A stretch of 57,690 nucleotides of DNA, the filler included, from Sphacelaria rigidula (Eukaryota): the NCBI GenBank assembly GCA_964200075.2. It is 9 parts of 9 records of this genome, joined end to end, with 100 filler letters (N's around TTAATTAATTAA, not from the genome) between each part and the next. Parts side by side here need not be neighbours in the genome. Positions count along the whole stretch, not along the records: positions 44,950 to 51,270 come from CAXNAA020020800.1; positions 51,371 to 57,690 come from CAXNAA020020801.1; 7 more parts are not named here. One strand, given 5' to 3'. Numbering within the stretch: position 1 is the first letter of the stretch; each line of letters opens with the position of its first letter. The position numbers and the translations under genes are program-made. Shown here one piece after another: positions 50,976-57,690 of this stretch. A model generated the notes under the pieces. The model was given only the letters and a program-made list of their open reading frames with translations, did no database searches and was not told the DNA's origin.

Positions 50976-51961
50976 ATGGTAATTTTATGCTGCACTACAG
51001 TCTGTGGATGTTGTCGTCCCATCTATTCTGGAGGTTGGTTTCAAGGCACATATGTTCGAATTTCGTGTAGTGTGTGTGTGGTCGTTCCATCTATTCTGGA
51101 CGCCGATCTACACCTTTCGGTATATGTGGGCGCATCAGCCGGGGTCACACAGGATGAAGGTCAACACAGGAGTGTTTTTTTTTTTTGCTTTTAGTATTTC
51201 ACCTTCCTTCTGTGGTGCTTGCCTTCATTTTTTATCGCGAGAGGGGTTCAGCAGTCCCTTTCCCTCGTCGNNNNNNNNNNNNNNNNNNNNNNNNNNNNNN
51301 NNNNNNNNNNNNNNTTAATTAATTAANNNNNNNNNNNNNNNNNNNNNNNNNNNNNNNNNNNNNNNNNNNNAAGAAAAAGCTCCTGTTGACCTTCCTCCTG
51401 TGTGACCTCGGCTGATGCGTCCACATATATATCCCGAAAGGGGTAGACTGGCGCCCAGAATAAATGGGACGACAACACACACAACATATATATATATATA
51501 TTTCGGTATATTTTCAGCCACAGGAAATCACTTGAACTTCGAACGGGCTCAAGTTTCGTGAAAAAGCTCTTGTAGGTCCTAATCTCTTGAATGCCGCCTA
51601 CCACTACCACCGCAGCAAATAATCATTTATCATCACCGGGAGGTAAGTTTATTATGGTAATATCGATTCAATCAACCCCGAAGAACGCACCCAGGTACCG
51701 TAGGGGTACAGGGTGTCAGGGGTATGTTAGGATATCACGTGGTTCTGATTTCTGTGCAGAACCCTTATACTATATTGCCTCGATGGTCCGATAGAATTCA
51801 GTGGCCTTTCTTCCATCACATTACTTCGTTTACCAAAAGGGGCACAGAGTAGCGCTGCTCCATGTGACCAACGGGACCTGATCTCGGTATCAAAGGATTC
51901 GCATCCTAGTGTGACACAGGCACACACACCACGACGACACCAGACCTCTCACCAGTTGCCT

Positions 51962-52184
51962 ATGATGTTGTCTAGCACGTGTCGGCGGACCCTCCGGGCG
52001 ACAGGGTTTACTGCTCGACAAAGAGGTGGCCTATCCATACGTCTGCTGGCATCTTCTGGGGGTATTTTGAAAGGATGGCGGCGCGGCAAGTCTACGGATG
52101 CGTCGATCGTTGACGGTGCTGAGTATGGTGGTCTGGCTGTGAAGCCTGACCGTATCCGCAACATCGCGATTGTGGCTCACGTCG
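51962..52184 (+). CDS. First exon of an organelle-targeted translational GTPase, TypA/BipA-like
   Basis: An Arg/Ser-rich presequence-like N-terminus is followed by RIRNIAIVAHV-G|GTAAGC, the start of the G1 motif (AHVDHGK) split by a phase-1 intron. The next exon was not found on this contig. LepA/GUF1 or EF-G cannot be fully excluded. Confidence 0.75.
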
Positions 52185-55116
52185 GTAAGCCGGTAGTGTT
52201 GCGTGGATAACGTACTCGTACTGAGCCTTGCAGTACATAAATTTTTGCGCCCTGCGTTGTGGCGTGAAGGAGGTCTTTCGCAGTTATCGGAGTACTGGAC
52301 TCTTGCCGTACTGACTCTGCTGTCAGTGACTAAATAGTTGATCCGCGTCTTTTTGTCTCTGGATTGTGCGGGTGTGATTTGTTCCCCAGATAAAACCATG
52401 CATGCCGCCATCATACTGGCAGCAGTATCTTGCATGCCTCAAGAGGGTTGGAATCAAGGCGTAACTTGGATAACCACACTGCTGTTCTCATAATGTTTAC
52501 ATTACAGTCGGCAAGGCACATTGGAAGCAACCCATCAGAAATCGTCGAAGATGATATTGGCGGTTGTGACGTCAGATACCACCCCCTACGACACGGCATA
52601 CGTGAAAGGTTCTGGTAAGGATTGATGCGCAACACGTGGGGTGTTGATGGATACGCAGAGCACTTGCAAATTCACTCCAGTGGTGGTAAATTGCTTGAGC
52701 CAGGTGGCGTTGCTATCATATGAAGGAGCAAAAGGTGAACAGGAATTTTCTCCGGGCGCATTGCCCGTTTACTGTTTGCTCCTTGCTGTTCGCTGTTGTT
52801 GTAGCTATGGACAGTCACTTTCAAAATAGATATATATATATTTTTGTCGTTGTTGATCCTTTGAGCGCCCATGACTTCTGTTCCGAGATTCTCTTCACAA
52901 ATAATCCCGTGAGTTTTTGGATGATACTTTGTGCTGGCCTCGTCGTCTCTGAAAGGACCTTGGCGCCTAGCAGAAGTGTTGCACAACTAACGGTTTTTGC
53001 CAATAGGCGTGCAGCAGCATTCTGCCATGGATATCCTTTTTGGAACCCTCCCCTCCCATCCCCAGGTCAGGCACCATTATTTTTCAAAGTCTTGTAAGAG
53101 ATTTAACAATACGTGTATTTCAACAAAAAGGGAGGAGAACGGCCATGGTAACGAGGCAAGCGCAAAGAAGGAATCTACTGTCAGTAACATGTCACGCGCA
53201 CACAAAAATACAACCCCCATGTGGTCGGGTCAGTTTCGTACAATGAAAGCACGCTCCGTGTTGTTGCGTGCTGACCTGTCTTTTTGTTGTAAGATGACTT
53301 AGTGTACTGTACAACGTTGCTGTACAAAACTCCCATAATCAAACTGTTTAGTTCCGATGATGCCAGTTCCTTTCAACAAGACGTCACGTTTGTCTATAAA
53401 TAACCCTTGACACACTGATCACGTAGTATACCACGGCATACTAAATTCCAACCCCCCGTGCTTGACTGTTCTGTACTGTACTGTGCTGTGCTGTGCTGTG
53501 CACATTTTTTTTCTCGTCACGTTTTCAACCCCTTCCCTCGTCGGGATGAATCTATGGTCGCAAGGGATGCACCCATCTCTTCCCCGGGAAACGCCTCGCA
53601 TTCCGGTATCGCGAATTGGATCATGACTAACACTTCAGCACTACGTCGACTCTCGCTAAGTCAACTTTGTTCACTACAATAGTATTCAAGCCCTCACGTT
53701 TTCCGCGGCGGAAATCAGACTTTCCTCAGGGAAGTCCAGTTGCATCTCTAGCGAGAATGAAATCCGCATTTTGGCGACTCGGCTCCACCCTTAATCCTTA
53801 CACCGCGATGCGGGTAGTCCATCTGGATTATGCACACTTTTTCAAGTCAATTTGATGCCGATTCAGGAGGTGACCCACCCTCGCGATCGAACGGTTGATT
53901 TGACCACCGGGGCGCGGCAATGCATGACAACAATGATCATGTACGCAAAAGTACCCCAGTCTCCGAGTTTGCGTCATGCCTGCAGAGATAGGGGAGCCGT
54001 AGACGGCATGCCCAAACCACACGAATAAATCTGACAAAATGGTGCGTGCGTCAAAGCAAAATCGTATTTAGCCTGGCTTATGACTGCGGCATATATGAGG
54101 GTGCCGCAACGCACCGAAACATCACTCATAGTACAGCACGGCGCTACTTAGAGGCTGTTTTATCGTTACTATTGTGCAGTGTGCATGGTGCGCTTCTGCT
54201 ACTGTAGTTGGTAATGCTTGTGGGTGTACTCTTGGCAGAGACTGCTGAGAGAGGGTGTACTATCAATAGTGACTGCTCTTCTGCTGTAGCTGTCTGTTCT
54301 GACGATCGCCGTCCTTGTGTGCACGTACGAGATACAATCGAAAAGATGAAACCTTGCATGCCATTACGAAGCTTCCATGCGTGCAGGTCTTGACAATATA
54401 TCACTTGGCGGACACTGTGTAGAGTCAAAATAGGGAATTATATCAACCATACATGCATGCAAACAAACGATAGTTCGAAATCGCCAACCTGCAGGTGTCC
54501 AGTCCCAGGAGGATCAAAGAAGGAGGGTGCATGTGCCTTGTTCGTTTGTTTGTGTATCATCCTGGTGTCTGTGCTGACATCTTCGTACGCGCATGACCGC
54601 GTACTTACTTCTCATACTAATGGTCACGGCGCATGCACGAAGAACTGTAATGTGCGGCATATTCACGGCAACGGCTTCATGTATGTAGGCGTTATCTCTC
54701 TGGCAACAACTATTCGGGGCCCCCCAGGAAGCCCGTTCAGTGTCCAACTAGGAGTCCGGGCAGCAGAAGGGTGAACGCTTTTGGCGCCTGTTTTTCAGAG
54801 AATCCGGTCTCTGACGGTCCCGTCATATTTTGGAGGATGATCGTAGTATAGGCATGTATGGCCGGAGGTTGGCCATGTGGGCTCTGTAGGAGAACGACTT
54901 CTGAATTTTAGACTTCGACCAATAGGATTTACAGCAACCTAAAATGGTTGAGCGGCCGCGACTACGAGGCGTTTTCTTTTCCTGCATGCTCGAAACGCAA
55001 AAGCCGACTGAGGTCGGTCTACGTTCCCCAACTCCCGACCCAACGAGATCTCACGCGGGCAGCAGGGATTTGTGAGGGGGGAGTGCTCACCACCGCCGCG
55101 GTTTCATGCGCGTGGC

Positions 55117-55154
<38 letters not shown>

Positions 55155-55572
55155 GTCAACATTATCACACACCTCAGACACAAAATTAGAACACCACCGC
55201 CAGCCGCGCCCGCACCCCACCGCCTGCATTACATACGGTCCCCCACCAAATATGCCACCACTCGGCTCTTCAGCAACAACTATGTGTGTTGACCACACCA
55301 CTCTTGGCGTTATCAGGACTGCTTTACTCTACTGTTGCTGTCTCAGAGGGCAGTACCGCTGGCCGCAGTTCATGCACAACTATTTCCGGCGCGCTGAATA
55401 TGCGCGGCAACGGTCTGTTTCTAAGTTGGCGTTGTCTCTCCACCAATAAAAATATTTCGAATCTTCGGCAAAGAAGTATGTGTGTGTGTTAGTGTGCTTT
55501 GTTGTCCCATCTATTCTGGACGCCAGTCTACACCTTTCGGTATATGCGGGCGCATTAGCCGGGGTCGCACAG

Positions 55573-55829
55573 GAGCAATGCTACGGTAGGGGGGTGCACT
55601 TTTTACGCGAAATCTTGTCTGGTTCAGGGGCTCCTAACGATACTAGATGCACAAGAATATGGGTCAGGACATCCTCACTTGCAAATTCAACCGGGATATT
55701 CCGAGCACATTGGAATAGTAATCCTGGTGTACTCTCACATATTTTCACAAGACGTTTTGGATGAGATGAAGGGCTCCTAAAAATTCTAACCTCAGAAAAT
55801 ATTTGTGCACCCCTACCAGAGCATCACTC
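55573..55829. mobile_element. Sola2-like MITE, 4-bp TSD ACAG, inserted in a SINE A copy
   Basis: GAG..CTC TIRs. The SINE sequence GGGGTCGCACAG|GAGGAAGATCAA resumes after the insertion. Confidence 0.88.
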
Positions 55830-57690
55830 ACAGGAGGAAGATCAATACAGGATTTCTTTTGTAGCATACCTCCTGACCGACCAAGTGGGCGCCGTATATA
55901 TCTCGGCATCGGCACCACGCCTCCAGTTCCCATTAACACTCCCCAAAGAGAGAAGAGACGAAGGAAGAGAAAATGATACTCGAAACCCTAGTTGAATTTC
56001 AAGCTGTGGGACGGTATGAGACCACTGAACTGCATTCGACCGATGTGCGAGATAAATGTCTTGTTCAGATTCGGTCGTATGAAGGACGCGTGGTTTTTCT
56101 TCCAGCGATATAACAAAAGTTGACCGCGAGTCAGAGAAGTCTTGGTAATATGACCACCAAAAAAGCGAGGAGAGATGAGTTGAGTTGCCATGCTCCCCAA
56201 AAGGTCACTCCATACCCGCGTAGAAAGGGAGGAGTACATGAAGTATATATTTCTACACTCATGTACCCACTTTCTTATTTTGGACATCACAGGGGGAAGG
56301 GGGAGGGGGGTGGGAGGAGGGCGTACTCATTTGTTGCTTGCCTCAGTCGTTTGACCATTGACCACGCATCCCTTTCGAGACGGAGCACGCGAGAGTGAGG
56401 GGGGGGGGGAAAGAGGGAGAGGGGGGAAACGCGTCATCTTCTCGCACAAACTCTGCCGTGACTTCACCAACCCCTCACCCACGAGACTGTGATTGGATCA
56501 TGACCCTGGTTCGTTTTACTACTCTCAACCCTTATCCTGAAGGGGGGGTAGGGGTCCACGCAGTCTCAGTGTGCTACGCTTAGAGGTGTGCCGTGCATAT
56601 CCTTGCTGATTGGATTGACCCACCCTCTTGGCTGACTGTATATCTGGCGACTTGGCTCATTGTACACGTGGCGACAACTCCAAGTGAATACAGAAGGTCG
56701 AGCGATTGGTTCGTTTGTAAGTGGGTAGTACTTCGTATTGGCAATGTCTGTAGTGAACTAGTACTACTAGTACTACCAGTACTACTTCTTACTATTATAC
56801 TATTGCTACTAAACAATGATAAAATTTTCGATTGAAGTCGACTTTTCAGGATTCTCGGTGACCGTGACTCTCATCACGGACTTTGCTTGATCCCAAATTG
56901 TGGGAATCGAGAGAAATGAGTACTCGAAACGAGTTTTCCAAGAAGAAAAATATTCTTACGACCACTTTCTCACGAGATACGGATTCACCGGTTTGGGGTG
57001 GTCCGACGAGTGCACGGCCTCCGGTTCTTGCTCTTAGATATCGCTCTACCGAACCGATCCGGATAATTACAATGAACGATTAGATGGCGTCACATTTTCC
57101 ATTTTTTTCGGTATTCATTGCGCTACAACAACAAAAACGTTCTTGGATCTTATGCGGTCAATTTACATTTCCTCGATAAACAGGGTCTTGCTCCGGATCG
57201 TTCCGGCAACCAAAAAAATAGGAAGTATATCTATCCTGAGCACGACCCGCTCATTTTCCCCTGCTTCTTTGCCAACGCTCGCGAGCTCTCGAGTGCAGGT
57301 GACAAATCGTGCGTGAAAACATCCCGATTGAGTGAATACCATATCTCAAGTTGGACTACTATGCTGTATGAATACGTCCATCGAGACCCGGAGAAACAGC
57401 ACCCGACCTGTCTTTCTTGCACAAGGTTAGCCAAGGTTTGACCCGTGGACCGGGCACGTTCCCCACAGGATGTCAATGTCCTTCTCGGTTTCCTCGACAA
57501 GTGCGGATGGTTTTCATGAAGGACCCGAACATGGAATTCCATATATTTGCCGTATAATGTGTATCTGAATGGATTGTTTTTTTCCATCTGTCATAAAGTG
57601 CGCCTACAATTTTGGTAATGTGTCTGGTAAGGAATAGTAGGGACGGTATTGGAAAGACGAGCCTACGTCTGTGACCACGGGTTCGCGAGA

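Noticed and set aside
1..57690. RNA-guided or defence system (Fanzor/TnpB, recombinase, RT-linked)
   Set aside because: I recognised no RuvC, tyrosine/serine recombinase, intact RT or transposase motifs in the ORF track or in the relics I translated. An HMM search would be needed to exclude highly decayed copies.

Overview
Repeat-rich, intron-rich eukaryotic nuclear DNA. It is most likely from a brown alga or related stramenopile, inferred from the gene architecture and repeat style. The window is not one locus: it is nine unrelated contigs of 6322-6320 bp in descending size order, joined by identical artificial 100-bp spacers (N44-TTAATTAATTAA-N44). Five partial spliced host genes can be reconstructed with GT-AG junctions in compatible phase: (1) a conserved hypothetical gene (-, 9618-10592); (2) an IQ/WW/B-box-like zinc-finger protein (+, 13620-17662); (3) AP-1 gamma-adaptin (+, 19442-21911); (4) an MMTAG2/C1orf35-like protein (-, 34928-37804); (5) the first exon of an organelle-targeted TypA/BipA-like GTPase (+, 51962-52184). 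Most of the rest is non-autonomous mobile DNA: piggyBac-, hAT-, Sola2-, Tc1/mariner- and Ginger-like MITEs (several with visible TSDs), two tRNA-derived SINE families, poly(C)-tailed LINE 3' ends, a probable Helitron, satellites and foldbacks. I found no confidently new enzymatic system. The best leads are a telomere-repeat-carrying TGT..ACA MITE, direct evidence of TA-CAG-TA excision footprints, a palindrome-bearing ~231-bp satellite, a foldback encoding a ~60-aa repeat protein, and a possible decayed giant-virus segment.
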